This document shows, piece after piece, positions 40,774-53,879 of a stretch of 64,000 nucleotides of DNA (position 1 is the first letter of the stretch; each line of letters opens with the position of its first letter). The translations under genes were made by a program, and so were the position numbers. The DNA comes from an uncultured Actinomycetota bacterium (GTDB lineage Bacteria; Actinomycetota; Actinomycetes; CAVWCF01). The stretch is taken from the NCBI GenBank assembly GCA_963753435.1, contig CAVWCF010000001.1:1024001-1088000 (forward strand). The letters run 5' to 3'. Under the pieces are notes generated by a model. That model had not been told where the DNA came from. It saw only the letters and a list, made by a program, of their open reading frames with translations, and ran no database searches.

Positions 40774-42441
40774 CAGCGCAGCCGGAGCGTCGGCGGGGAC
40801 CACGGGTGCTTTGGGGGCGACCGGCTCGACCCGCTGGTAGCCCGCGCCCGGTCGCGGCCTTGGGTCCGGCTCGTTCTTGTTCGGCCACATCGCGAAGGCC
40901 CGTTCCGCCTGCGCGGTGATGGTCAGCGATGGGTTCACGCCCAGGTTGCCGGTGATCGTCGACCCGTCCACCACCGACAGGCCGGGCTGCCCATGAACCC
41001 GGTGGTAGGGGTCCACGACGCTTTCGGCCGGATCGGTCCCGATCACGCAGCCGCCCAGGAAGTGCGCTGTGAACGGGCGACGCACCAGATCGCCGAGGTT
41101 TCCCGCGGGCCGGCCGCCGAGGCGAGCCGCCATCGCCCGGATGGCCGCGGCGCCGGCGGGGATCCAGGTGGGATTGGGGGCGCCGTGGCCCTGTTTCGAT
41201 GTCAGCCCCGATCCGAATCGTCCCCGCTGCAGCGAGACGGTCACCGAGTTGTCCAGGGACTGCATCACCAGCGCGATCACCGAGCGCTCCGAAGCCCGGC
41301 GCACATTCAGGAACGACAGGGTGCCGCGTGGGTCCCGCCGGGTGTCGCGAAGCCACGTTCGCCAGCGCGGCTCGCCCGGAACGGGCTCAACCAGGCGCGT
41401 CCCTAGCAGGTACATCAGGTTGCTGCCCTTACCGAAGCGGACGGGCTCAACGTGGGTGTGCTCGTCGGGGTAGAAGGACGACGTGATCGCCACGCCCCGA
41501 CTGAAGTCACGACTAGCACCGGCGCCGCGGGCGAAGGCGCCGCCCAGGGACTCCGAGTTCGACCGGGTCAACCGCCCCAGGGCGCTCGAAACGCCGGGCA
41601 AATGGCCGGCCGCGCGCATCCGGTGCAGCAACAGTTGGGTGCCGTACGTCCCGGCGGCCAGCACCACCTCATCGGCCGTGACCGTGCCCCGGCGTCGTCG
41701 CACCGACCAACCCGACGGCGCGCAATCCACCGCGAAACCGCCAGCGTCGAGAGCGCGCACCGCAGTGACGGTCGTGTCCGGCACGATCCGCACGCCGGCG
41801 CGCTGCGCCAGCGCGAGGTAGTTCTTGGTCAAAGTGTTCTTGGCGTTGTGCCGACACCCGGTCATGCACTCACCGCACTCGGTACAACCGCGGCGAGCCG
41901 GCCCGGCGCCGCCGAAGTACGGGTCAGCAGCAGGCTCCCCCGGTCCGTCGCCGAAGAACACGCCGACCGGGGTGAGTTTGAAGGTCTTTGCCACGCCGAG
42001 GTCGGCGGCAACGTCGGCCATCAGCTCATCGGCGGGTGTCGGGGCGGGGTTGTCGACAGAACCGAGCATCCGCCGGGCCTGGTCGTAGTGCGCAGCGAGC
42101 TCTGCGCGCCAGTCGGTGATCGCCGACCAGGCGAGGTCTTCGAAGAAGTGCGCACCCGGCTCGTACAGGGTGTTGGCGTAGACCAGCGAACCGCCGCCGA
42201 CGCCGGCGCCGGCAAGGACCAGCAGGTCGTCCAGAGCGTGGATGCGTTGGATACCCCGCAACCCGAGTGCCGGTGCCCAGAGGTAGCGGCGCAATCGCCA
42301 CGACGTCTTCGGGAACTCGTCGTCGGCGTAGTCGCGACCGGCCTCGACCACGAGCACCCGATAGCCCTTCTCCGCCAGGCGCAGCGCCGCCACCGAGCCA
42401 CCGAACCCCGACCCGACGACGACAACGTCGAAGTGGCTCAC
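40765..42441 (-). CDS. choD: GMC oxidoreductase, cholesterol oxidase ChoD-like
   Basis: VVGSGFGGSV, GVGGGSLVYANTL, TAHFLGG and NPSLTITAQAE motifs; conserved gua-locus position. Confidence 0.88.
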   Translation of the reverse strand: MSHFDVVVVGSGFGGSVAALRLAEKGYRVLVVEAGRDYADDEFPKTSWRLRRYLWAPALGLRGIQRIHALDDLLVLAGAGVGGGSLVYANTLYEPGAHFFEDLAWSAITDWRAELAAHYDQARRMLGSVDNPAPTPADELMADVAADLGVAKTFKLTPVGVFFGDGPGEPAADPYFGGAGPARRGCTECGECMTGCRHNAKNTLTKNYLALAQRAGVRIVPDTTVTAVRALDAGGFAVDCAPSGWSVRRRRGTVTADEVVLAAGTYGTQLLLHRMRAAGHLPGVSSALGRLTRSNSESLGGAFARGAGASRDFSRGVAITSSFYPDEHTHVEPVRFGKGSNLMYLLGTRLVEPVPGEPRWRTWLRDTRRDPRGTLSFLNVRRASERSVIALVMQSLDNSVTVSLQRGRFGSGLTSKQGHGAPNPTWIPAGAAAIRAMAARLGGRPAGNLGDLVRRPFTAHFLGGCVIGTDPAESVVDPYHRVHGQPGLSVVDGSTITGNLGVNPSLTITAQAERAFAMWPNKNEPDPRPRPGAGYQRVEPVAPKAPVVPADAPAALRF

Positions 42442-43994
42442 CGAACTCCCATTGCCTTCAGCGCGCGCACGTACCCGGTGAGCAACTTCGCCCACCCTTC
42501 GTAGCGCTGACCCGCCGGGCCACCCACCTGTATGAACCGCTGCACCACCACCGACTGCGGTTCGGCGTAGCGCAGCATTCCCTCCGGGCCATTGCGCCGC
42601 CCCAAGCCGGAGTCGAGGACGCCGCCCATCGGCGCATCGATGGTTGCCCAGATGCCGGTGTAGCCGTCGTTGATGTGCACCGTGCCGGCCTGCAGGCGCG
42701 CCCCGATGGTCTTGGCCCGGCCGACATCGCGGCTCCAGACGCTGGCGTTGAGGCCGTGCGCGGAGTCGTTCGCCGCGGCCACCGCAGCCGACTCGTCCGG
42801 CACCCGATACAGGGCTACGACCGGCCCGAACGTCTCCTCACGGCATACGCGCATCCCCTCGGTCACGCCTTCCAAGACAGTCGGTTCGTAGAAGTACGGA
42901 CCGATGTCAGGCCGGGTACGACCGCCGGTGATGGCCCGGGCCCCCGCGGCAACCGCCTCCGCAACATGGCCGGCGACCTTGTCGAGGTGTTCGGCCGAAA
43001 CCAGCGACCCGACGTCGGCGGAGTAGTCCAGCGCCGGGCTCAGGTGCAAGCCATCAACCTGCTTCAGGAACGCGGAGCGGAACTGGTCATAGACGGCGTC
43101 CACCACGTAGATGCGTTCGAATGTCTGACACAACTGGCCGGCGTTGGCGAAGGAACCGGTGGCCAGTCCCCGCGCGGCCTTGGCCAGGTTGGCGTCCGCG
43201 CACACGATGGCGGCGTTCTTGCCACCCAGTTCCAGCGACGCCCCGATCAGGCGGCTGGCGGCACGTTCGGCCACTGCACGACCCGTCGCGGTGGATCCGG
43301 TGAAGGCGACGTAGTCGACCCGGTCGATGACCGCGCCGCCGATCACCGGCCCATCGCCGGTGACGACCTGCACCGCGTCTTCGGGAACACCGGCCGCACG
43401 CATCAGCGCGGCGGTCCAAAGGGTGATCAGCGAGGTCTGCTCGTCGGGCTTGAAGACCAACGCGTTGCCGGCCATCAGGGCCGGGGCCGCGTCGTTGACC
43501 AGCAGGGCGAGGGGGTAGTTCCAGGGCGTGATCACGCCCACTACCCCCTTTGGTTGCTGGCGCACGGAAGCACTGAGCACACCCGGTGCCACGCTGCGGC
43601 GCCGATGCGGCCGCAGCAGGGACGGGCCCAGCCGAGCCGCGTAACGAGCGGCGTGGGCGACGTCGAGGACCTCCTCGGTCGCGTCCCGCCGTGCCTTGCC
43701 GACCTCCAGTTGCAGCAGGTCGAGAGCCTCCGACCGACGATCCAGCAGCAGGTCGTGCAGGCGCAGCAGCACCTTGGCGCGCTCGGCAAGGCTGACGCCC
43801 GCCCAGACCCGCTGCGCCCGTCGTGCCCGCTCGACCGCATCGTCAACGTCGCTCACCTGGGACAGGGGCAGGTCGACAAGCGGCTTACCGGTGAAAGGCG
43901 CGTAGACGGTGCGTCGGTCGGCACCGGGGGTCGCCGCCACCCCCGCCAGGAGCGCCGTGATGAGGTCCGACTCGATGTGGGGGCTGATGCGCAC
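42438..43994 (-). CDS. gabD: NADP-dependent succinic semialdehyde dehydrogenase (GabD2-like aldehyde dehydrogenase)
   Basis: PWNYP, FTGST, LELGGKN, NAGQLC and EETFGP motifs; GAGGAG RBS. Confidence 0.8.
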   Translation of the reverse strand: MRISPHIESDLITALLAGVAATPGADRRTVYAPFTGKPLVDLPLSQVSDVDDAVERARRAQRVWAGVSLAERAKVLLRLHDLLLDRRSEALDLLQLEVGKARRDATEEVLDVAHAARYAARLGPSLLRPHRRRSVAPGVLSASVRQQPKGVVGVITPWNYPLALLVNDAAPALMAGNALVFKPDEQTSLITLWTAALMRAAGVPEDAVQVVTGDGPVIGGAVIDRVDYVAFTGSTATGRAVAERAASRLIGASLELGGKNAAIVCADANLAKAARGLATGSFANAGQLCQTFERIYVVDAVYDQFRSAFLKQVDGLHLSPALDYSADVGSLVSAEHLDKVAGHVAEAVAAGARAITGGRTRPDIGPYFYEPTVLEGVTEGMRVCREETFGPVVALYRVPDESAAVAAANDSAHGLNASVWSRDVGRAKTIGARLQAGTVHINDGYTGIWATIDAPMGGVLDSGLGRRNGPEGMLRYAEPQSVVVQRFIQVGGPAGQRYEGWAKLLTGYVRALKAMGVR

Positions 43995-44008
43995 TTGTCT
44001 CCTCGGGG

Positions 44009-45703
44009 CTATCCGGCAGCCAAACCAGTATCGGCTGCGAGCACCCGTCCCGCAGCCGACTGCACGTAGGTAGCCACTTCCGCCGCGACCCGGTCCACAT
44101 CCCAACCGAGCACCTCGCCGAGCAGCGCCGCCACGTCAGCAGCAGCGGAACGGGCCGCATCGGGCAGCTGCAGCGCCAACCGGGTGCGGCGCATCAGCAC
44201 ATCGTCGACAGACATCGCCCCTTCGGCGGCCGCGGCGTAGACCACTTCGACGCGCAGCACCGGCGAGTCGGGGTGCACTCGTTGCATCAGATCGGTGCGA
44301 TCGGTGGCCAGCGCCAGCACCTCCTCCACGGTTGCGCCGTAGCGGTGCAGGAGCCGGCGCACTTCCGGCTCGGATAGCCGGTGTGCGGCGGACAGGAACT
44401 CACGGCTGTCCCACAACTGCGTGAACCCGTCGGCACCGACCAATGGCAGATCGGCGGTCGCCGACTCCGTCTGCCAACCCTCGGTGGCCGCGTCAACCGC
44501 GTCTGCTGCCATGACCCGGTAAGTCGTGTACTTGCCACCGGTGATCGCCACCAGCCCACTGGCCGGTCGCAGCACTTGGTGCTCCCGACTCACGGTCGTT
44601 GTGTCCGCCGCATCGTCGTCATCGACGGCGAGTGGCCGCAGCCCGGCATAGGTCGCAACCACGTCATCGGGGCTGAGGTTGTACTCCAACCACTGGTTCG
44701 CCTCGTCCAGCAGGTACTCGACCTCGTCGGCGGTGGCGTGCGGATCGCCGCGGTCGCCGGAATAGGCAGTGTCCGTCGTCCCGATGAGCCAGTGCTGGCC
44801 CCAGGGGAGCAGGAAGAGGACGCTGTGCGGCGTTCGCGCGACCATCGCCGTGCGCGAGTCGATCGCTGCGCGCGGGACCACGAGGTGCACGCCCTTGGAC
44901 GGCAGGACCGCGGACGGCGATGGTTGGCCCAGCAACCCCACCGTGTCCGGGGTCCAAACTCCGGTCGCGCTGATGACCCGCCGTGCCCGCACGTCGAAGG
45001 TCTGACCCGTGATCCGGTCCAGGACTCGGGCACCGACGACGTCGGTGCCGTCGCGCAGGAAGTCGACTACCTCCGCGCGGGTGGCTATCTGCGCCCCGAG
45101 CCCGGCCGCGGTCCGCGCCAACGCGAGCGTGTGCCGGGCGTCGTCGATCTGTGCGTCGAAGAAGCCGATTGCCCCGGCGACGACGTCGTGCCGCAGCGCC
45201 GGCGCCAGCCGGAGCGTGGCCCGCCTGGACAGATGCCGGTGCCCCGGCAGCCGACCGTCCTTGCTGCCACGGGCCAAGGCGTCGTACAGCGCCACACCGG
45301 CGCCGTAGTAGGGCCGTTCCCAACCGCGCTTGAGCGGCAACAGGAATGGGACGGGCCGAACCAGGTGCGGCGCCAGTTTCTGCAACAGCAGGCCGCGTTC
45401 GGTCAGCGCCTCGTGGACCAGACCGAACTCGCCCTGCTCCAAGTAGCGCAATCCGCCGTGAGCCAACCGCGACGATCGACTGCTGGTCCCGCCGGCCAGG
45501 TCACCGCGCTCGACCAGCCCCACCGACAGGTCCCGGCTCACCGCGTCCAACGCGCTGCCGCAACCCACGACCCCGCCACCGATTACGAGCACGTCCAGGG
45601 GCTCGGCCGCCATGGTCGCCAGGGCGACCCGGCGAGAGTCCGCGTTGAGCCATCCGCTGCTTGTCGGGGTTACGCCCACCGAGGATGGGCTTGTCTGGGC
45701 CAC
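44009..45703 (-). CDS. glpD: FAD-dependent glycerol-3-phosphate dehydrogenase
   Basis: GGGVVG, GTSSRSSRLAHGGLRYL, YAGLRPL and GGKYTTYR motifs. Confidence 0.93.
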   Translation of the reverse strand: MAQTSPSSVGVTPTSSGWLNADSRRVALATMAAEPLDVLVIGGGVVGCGSALDAVSRDLSVGLVERGDLAGGTSSRSSRLAHGGLRYLEQGEFGLVHEALTERGLLLQKLAPHLVRPVPFLLPLKRGWERPYYGAGVALYDALARGSKDGRLPGHRHLSRRATLRLAPALRHDVVAGAIGFFDAQIDDARHTLALARTAAGLGAQIATRAEVVDFLRDGTDVVGARVLDRITGQTFDVRARRVISATGVWTPDTVGLLGQPSPSAVLPSKGVHLVVPRAAIDSRTAMVARTPHSVLFLLPWGQHWLIGTTDTAYSGDRGDPHATADEVEYLLDEANQWLEYNLSPDDVVATYAGLRPLAVDDDDAADTTTVSREHQVLRPASGLVAITGGKYTTYRVMAADAVDAATEGWQTESATADLPLVGADGFTQLWDSREFLSAAHRLSEPEVRRLLHRYGATVEEVLALATDRTDLMQRVHPDSPVLRVEVVYAAAAEGAMSVDDVLMRRTRLALQLPDAARSAAADVAALLGEVLGWDVDRVAAEVATYVQSAAGRVLAADTGLAAG

Positions 45704-45724
45704 GCCCCCATTGTGCCGTGCTTT

Positions 45725-45740
45725 GTTACCCGCCGGTAAC
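45725..45740. promoter_or_regulatory. Palindromic operator GTTACC-N4-GGTAAC over the glpD-gabD-choD promoter
   Basis: Perfect 6-bp arms immediately upstream of the minus-strand -10 CACAAT (45710-45715). Confidence 0.6.
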
Positions 45741-45752
45741 CCGACCTGCCGC

Positions 45753-46862
45753 TCAGCGGGTAACGGTCAACTCCACGCGCTGGAAGCTCTTCAGGTCGGA
45801 GTACCCGGTCGTGGCCATTGCCCGGCGCAGCGCACCAATCCAGTTCATGGACCCGTCCGGGGTGCGTGAGGGCCCGTGCAGGATCTCCTCCAGCGAGCCG
45901 ACGGTGCCCAGTTCGACCCGTTCGCCGCGGGGCAGCAGCGGGTGATGCGCCTCCGAGCCCCAGTGCCAGCCGCGGCCCGGCGCGTCCGTTGCCCGCGCCA
46001 GCGGGGAGCCGACCATCACCGCGTCCGCACCGCAGGCAACCGCCTTCGGCACATCCCCGGACCGGAACAGCCCACCGTCGGCGATGACGTGCACGTAGCG
46101 GCCACCGGATTCATCCAGGTAGTCCCGCCGCGCCGCCGCCACGTCGGCGACGGCCGTGGCCATCGGCACCGCGACTCCCAGTACTGACTTGGTCGTGTGG
46201 GCCGTGCCGCCCCCGAAACCAACCAGCACGCCCGCCGCACCGGTGCGCATCAGGTGCAGTGCAGCCTGGTAGGTGGCACACCCGCCAACGATCACCGGCA
46301 CGTCGAGTTCGTAGATGAACTGCTTCAGGTTCAGTGGCTCGGCGCGACCGGACACATGCTCGGCGGACACCGTGGTGCCGCGGATGACGAACAGATCCAC
46401 GCCCGCGTCGACGACGGCCTTGTGCAACTGGGCCGTGCGCTGCGGGCTCAGGGCTGCAGCGACCGTTACGCCGCCGGACCGGATCTCCCCGATCCGCTGC
46501 ACGATCAGGTCCTCCTGGATCGGTTCGGCGTACACCTCCTGCAACCTCGCGGTCGCCCGCTCCGGATCCAGTTCGGCGATCTCGGCCAGCAGTGGCTCCG
46601 GGTCGGCGTACCTGGTCCACAGACCCTCCAGGTCCAGGACACCGAGACCGCCGTACTTGCCCAACTGGATGGCCACGTCTGGGCTGACGACGGAGTCCAT
46701 CGGTGCGGCCAACAGCGGGATCTCGAAGTGGTAGGCGTCGATCTGCCAGGACACCGAGACCTCTTCGGGGTCCCGGGTCCGCCGGCTGGGAACGATCGCG
46801 ACGTCGGCCAGCGCGTACGCCGCGCGGCCGCGCTTGGCTCTACCGATCTCGACTTCGGGCAT
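45753..46862 (-). CDS. guaB3: GuaB3 family IMP dehydrogenase-related protein
   Basis: IVPSRRTRDP, GTTVSAEHVS and RRDYLDESGGRYVHVIADG motifs. Confidence 0.93.
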   Translation of the reverse strand: MPEVEIGRAKRGRAAYALADVAIVPSRRTRDPEEVSVSWQIDAYHFEIPLLAAPMDSVVSPDVAIQLGKYGGLGVLDLEGLWTRYADPEPLLAEIAELDPERATARLQEVYAEPIQEDLIVQRIGEIRSGGVTVAAALSPQRTAQLHKAVVDAGVDLFVIRGTTVSAEHVSGRAEPLNLKQFIYELDVPVIVGGCATYQAALHLMRTGAAGVLVGFGGGTAHTTKSVLGVAVPMATAVADVAAARRDYLDESGGRYVHVIADGGLFRSGDVPKAVACGADAVMVGSPLARATDAPGRGWHWGSEAHHPLLPRGERVELGTVGSLEEILHGPSRTPDGSMNWIGALRRAMATTGYSDLKSFQRVELTVTR

Positions 46863-46866
46863 GGTT

Positions 46867-48995
<2,129 letters not shown>

Positions 48996-49002
48996 CTGTG
49001 CC

Positions 49003-49031
49003 GTATCGGCAGCAAGTACGCCGAACGTGAG
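49003..49031 (-). promoter_or_regulatory. WhiG/FliA (sigma28)-like promoter of bldM
   Basis: Minus strand CTCA-N17-GCCGATAC, 7 nt before the GTG start. Confidence 0.5.
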
Positions 49032-49064
49032 AGCTGAATGAGCTTTGGCTGGGACCCGGAAGTA

Positions 49065-50000
49065 TCAGCCCATCAGCGCGGCAACATCGGGTCGCGCCAA
49101 CCAGGCCGACCGCGCGTCCGGTTCCGCGGTATCAGCAGCCAGCGAATCAGCAATGTGATTGACGGCGGCGCGGGCCGAGGCGAGTGCGCGGGCGGACTCC
49201 TGTTCATCCTCAGTCAGGGCCGCCTGCAGCGCGCGCGCCGGCCACACCAGCGCCCGGGCACCGAGGGTTTCGGCCAGCGTCCCAGCCCGGCGAAGCGTCG
49301 CAAGAGCGCGATCGGGGCCCGGCTCGTCCGGGTCCGAAGCGGCCTGCAACTGCGCGACCGCAAGCAGCGTCAACGACCGGGCCACGTGCCGCGGCGCCCC
49401 GGCTTCCTCGGCGGCAGTCAGCGCCGCTGTGGCCGCTGCTGCCGCGGCCTTGGGGTCCTCGGCCAACAGCGCCAGGTCCGCCTTGACCCACTCAAGTTCC
49501 ACCCGCTGTCGCCACCATCCGGAGTTTCGCGCCAGCACCTTGTCGGCTGCGGCAACGCGCTCGCGAGCCGACTCGGGATCGGCCGTGGCGACCGCGTCAG
49601 CGGCCAGGCCGAGCAACGCTTCGAACGCCACCGGATCCAGATCGTGGCCAGCCAGTTCGAGGGCCTGGTTGTCCCGGTTCGCGGCCTCGGTGATGCGACC
49701 CAGTTGGCGTAGGTGGGCCGCCCGGGTGGCCAACGCGAGGCCGGGGATGAGCCGGTCGGAAGGCTCCGGTCCAACCGCAGCGTCCAAGAGGGGCCGCAAG
49801 GCAACTGCGGCTTGGCCGTAGTCGCCGGCTGCCCCGTGGGCGACACCCAGCAGCCAAGCGGCGGCGGCTACCTCAGCGGCGCGGCCCGCCTCCTGCGCCT
49901 GCGCCATTGCCTGCTGCAAAGGCGCGATGGCGGCTTGGGGAGCGCCGTGGAACGCGGCCCGCTCACCCTCGGCCAGCAACCGGGACAACGCGTCCGTCAC
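49065..50000 (-). CDS. Ala-rich helical (TPR-like) hypothetical protein, positional Rv3415c-like
   Basis: AAWLLGVAHGAAGDY, LRQLG and ALLGLAADAVA motifs; located between whiB3 and guaB. Confidence 0.65.
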   Translation of the reverse strand: MTDALSRLLAEGERAAFHGAPQAAIAPLQQAMAQAQEAGRAAEVAAAAWLLGVAHGAAGDYGQAAVALRPLLDAAVGPEPSDRLIPGLALATRAAHLRQLGRITEAANRDNQALELAGHDLDPVAFEALLGLAADAVATADPESARERVAAADKVLARNSGWWRQRVELEWVKADLALLAEDPKAAAAAATAALTAAEEAGAPRHVARSLTLLAVAQLQAASDPDEPGPDRALATLRRAGTLAETLGARALVWPARALQAALTEDEQESARALASARAAVNHIADSLAADTAEPDARSAWLARPDVAALMG

Positions 50001-50092
50001 CGGTTACCTCCTCAATGCCGACGGGGGCGGTGCCCACCGCGAAGACCGCTGCTGTCGCCGCCCTCCAGCGGCGCGGGCAGGCTAGCCGACGC

Positions 50093-51046
50093 TCAGGCGC
50101 CGGCGGATTGCGCCAACGCGGTGACGGCCTCGGTGAGGTCGCCCGCGTGCCGGGCATGCGGTGGCACTTTGGTCCAACCAGGGCCACCCAGAACCAGATC
50201 CGGCGCCGGCCGCATGGCGGGCAACGCCGCCAACTGTGGCAGGCCACCGGTCTGTTCCAGTTGCGACCAGATGAAGACGGCGCAAGGCCCGCTGCGCCGA
50301 ACCGCCGATGCCAACGCCGCCCGGGGAACGCGCGACCCCAGGACGCGACAGGCGACGTGCCGTTCCGCCAGTGCCGCCGCGGTGGCGTAGAGGGGCAGTG
50401 AGTGCAACTCCTCCTCCGCCGATGCCAGCAGGACCGGCCGCGGGTTGTGCGGTTGCGTCAGGCGGGCGATCACTGGTCGCAGCGCCGTCTGCGCCGAATC
50501 CGACAGCAGATGCTCCACCTCAATGCCTTCGCCGGTCTTCTCCCACCGCTCCCCGATGGCAATCATCACCGGGACCACGAGTTCATCCCAAGTGGCGATG
50601 ACTCCGCGACGGCTCAAGGCCTCGGAGATGATGTCCGTGCAGGCGCGGGCATCCAGCGCCATGGCCGCCCGGGTCAGCCCCCTGGTGCTGGCAGTGCCTC
50701 CGGGCAAGGCAACAACCCGACCGCCGCCGGCAGTGGCAGCCGGATGAATCGGCGCGGCGGCCCGCGCCGGCACCGGTAGCGCGTCGACGCCGATCTCCAT
50801 GGCCACCCGGGCCGCCTCCGCCGGCGCCACGCCCTGCTGCGTGAGGCGGCGCATCGTTTCCAACCGGGCGACGTCGGAAGGGCTGTAGCGCCGGTGCGAA
50901 CCCGGCGGGTGCTCCGACGGCCCTAGCCCGTAGCGGCGATCCCAGGTCCGCAGCGTCGCTGGTGCCACCCCCAGTCGCCGCGCCACCGCGGCAACCGTGA
51001 GGGCCGCGCTGAACTCAACGGGCGACTCGGTCACGAAGCGAATCAT
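50093..51046 (-). CDS. MerR-family regulator with B12-binding domain (CarH/LitR-like)
   Basis: VARRLGVAPATLRTWDRRYGL HTH; W-x9-EH (WEKTGEGIEVEH); ExH (EELHSLP); start ATG 51046 or GTG 51034. Confidence 0.85.
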   Translation of the reverse strand: MIRFVTESPVEFSAALTVAAVARRLGVAPATLRTWDRRYGLGPSEHPPGSHRRYSPSDVARLETMRRLTQQGVAPAEAARVAMEIGVDALPVPARAAAPIHPAATAGGGRVVALPGGTASTRGLTRAAMALDARACTDIISEALSRRGVIATWDELVVPVMIAIGERWEKTGEGIEVEHLLSDSAQTALRPVIARLTQPHNPRPVLLASAEEELHSLPLYATAAALAERHVACRVLGSRVPRAALASAVRRSGPCAVFIWSQLEQTGGLPQLAALPAMRPAPDLVLGGPGWTKVPPHARHAGDLTEAVTALAQSAGA

Positions 51047-51104
51047 CCCGCCTCTTGGCGCGTTCGGCATCCGGAGGCACGCTGCCACCCCCGATCCGTA
51101 TGTG

Positions 51105-51159
51105 GTTCATAAATTGTTCATCTTTGCCTCTTGACACGCTCTTGAAACGCTTCTATGTT
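51105..51159 (+). promoter_or_regulatory. whiD promoter (TTGACA-N17-TATGTT) overlapped by 11-bp-period direct repeats
   Basis: GTTCAT at 51105 and 51116; CTCTTGACACG / CTCTTGAAACG at 51128 and 51139. Confidence 0.7.
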
Positions 51160-51187
51160 TCTACCCAACCGCACCAAGGAGGAAGAA

Positions 51188-51484
51188 ATGGCCGACATCA
51201 CCCGACTCCCAGGCCCCAACGCCGATCTGTGGGACTGGCAGCTGGACGCGGCCTGCCGAGACCTCGACAGCTCGGTCTTCTTCCACCCCGAAGGCGAGCG
51301 CGGATCCGCCCGAGCGCGCCGCCAGGAGCAAGCGAAGGCCGTGTGCGCGACCTGCCCGGTGTTGCGGCAGTGCGCCGAGCACGCGCTCCGCGTTCGCGAG
51401 CCCTACGGCGTGTGGGGCGGTATGACCGAGGAAGAGCGAGCCGAGATGTACACAACTGGTCGCACGCTGCGAGCGGTTTCCTGA
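51188..51484 (+). CDS. whiD: WhiB-family Fe-S regulator, WhiD/WhiB3 orthologue
   Basis: RLPGPNADLWDWQ..AAC, FFHPEGERG, CxxC and EPYGVWGG motifs; AAGGAGG RBS. Confidence 0.92.
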   Translation: MADITRLPGPNADLWDWQLDAACRDLDSSVFFHPEGERGSARARRQEQAKAVCATCPVLRQCAEHALRVREPYGVWGGMTEEERAEMYTTGRTLRAVS

Positions 51485-51539
51485 CAGCACCCCCCCGAAG
51501 GGCCCGGCGGAACCCCCCCCTCCCCGCCAGGACCCGACC

Positions 51540-51577
51540 AAGCCGAACGCCCGGGCAATCGCCCGGGCGTTCGGCTT
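51540..51577. terminator. Bidirectional terminator between whiD and groEL1
   Basis: AAGCCGAACGCCCGGGC-AATC-GCCCGGGCGTTCGGCTT, perfect 17-bp stem. Confidence 0.85.
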
Positions 51578-51598
51578 TGCTGTGACTGGGGGTGCGGA

Positions 51599-53269
<1,671 letters not shown>

Positions 53270-53276
53270 TCAGAAG

Positions 53277-53315
53277 CAACCGCCCCTCGGGCCAGGACGG
53301 CCGTCGGGGCGGTTG
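53277..53315. other. Intercistronic stem-loop between groES and groEL1
   Basis: CAACCGCCCC...GGGGCGGTTG inverted repeat. Confidence 0.6.
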
Positions 53316-53336
53316 GGTGTCACTGTCGTGACTGGC

Positions 53337-53636
53337 TCACTTGTCGAGGATCGCCAGCACGTCGCGAGCGGACAGGATGAGGTACTCCTCGCCCTGGTAC
53401 TTGATCTCGGTGCCGCCGTACTTGCTGTAGACGACAACGTCGCCGACCTTGACGTCCACGGGGACGCGCTTTTCGCCGGCATCGTCGAAACGGCCCGGGC
53501 CCACAGCCAGGACCTTGCCCTCCTGGGGCTTCTCCTTGGCGGTGTCCGGGATGACCAGACCCGAAGCAGTGGTCTGCTCCGCGTCCAGCGGCTGGACCAG
53601 GATGCGGTCCTCCAGCGGCTTGATGTTGACCGACAC
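53337..53636 (-). CDS. groES: Co-chaperonin GroES
   Basis: [23 protein letters not shown] and YSKYGGTE motifs. Confidence 0.98.
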   Translation of the reverse strand: MSVNIKPLEDRILVQPLDAEQTTASGLVIPDTAKEKPQEGKVLAVGPGRFDDAGEKRVPVDVKVGDVVVYSKYGGTEIKYQGEEYLILSARDVLAILDK

Positions 53637-53714
53637 GGTGGGTTGACCTCCGGAAGTCACTGTCGAATAGGGACCCGACCGGTCCTGTCGTCGCGGGTGC
53701 CAGGGCCAGGTCGA

Positions 53715-53741
53715 TTGGCACACCCCGGGGGAGAGTGCCAG
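53715..53741. promoter_or_regulatory. CIRCE element (HrcA operator) 2
   Basis: TTGGCACAC-N9-GAGTGCCAG. Confidence 0.8.
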
Positions 53742-53760
53742 TCCGAACCCTAGCCAGGGG

Positions 53761-53787
53761 TTAGCACTCCGTCAACTTGAGTGCCAA
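53761..53787. promoter_or_regulatory. CIRCE element (HrcA operator) 1
   Basis: TTAGCACTC-N9-GAGTGCCAA. Confidence 0.92.
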
Positions 53788-53879
53788 GCGCGGCCCGTAC
53801 GGGAACGGGGCGCTCTCGATCTCGACACCCTGGGTGCGGCTCGCTAGCGTGCGATGAGACACCAACTCGGGAGGAACCG

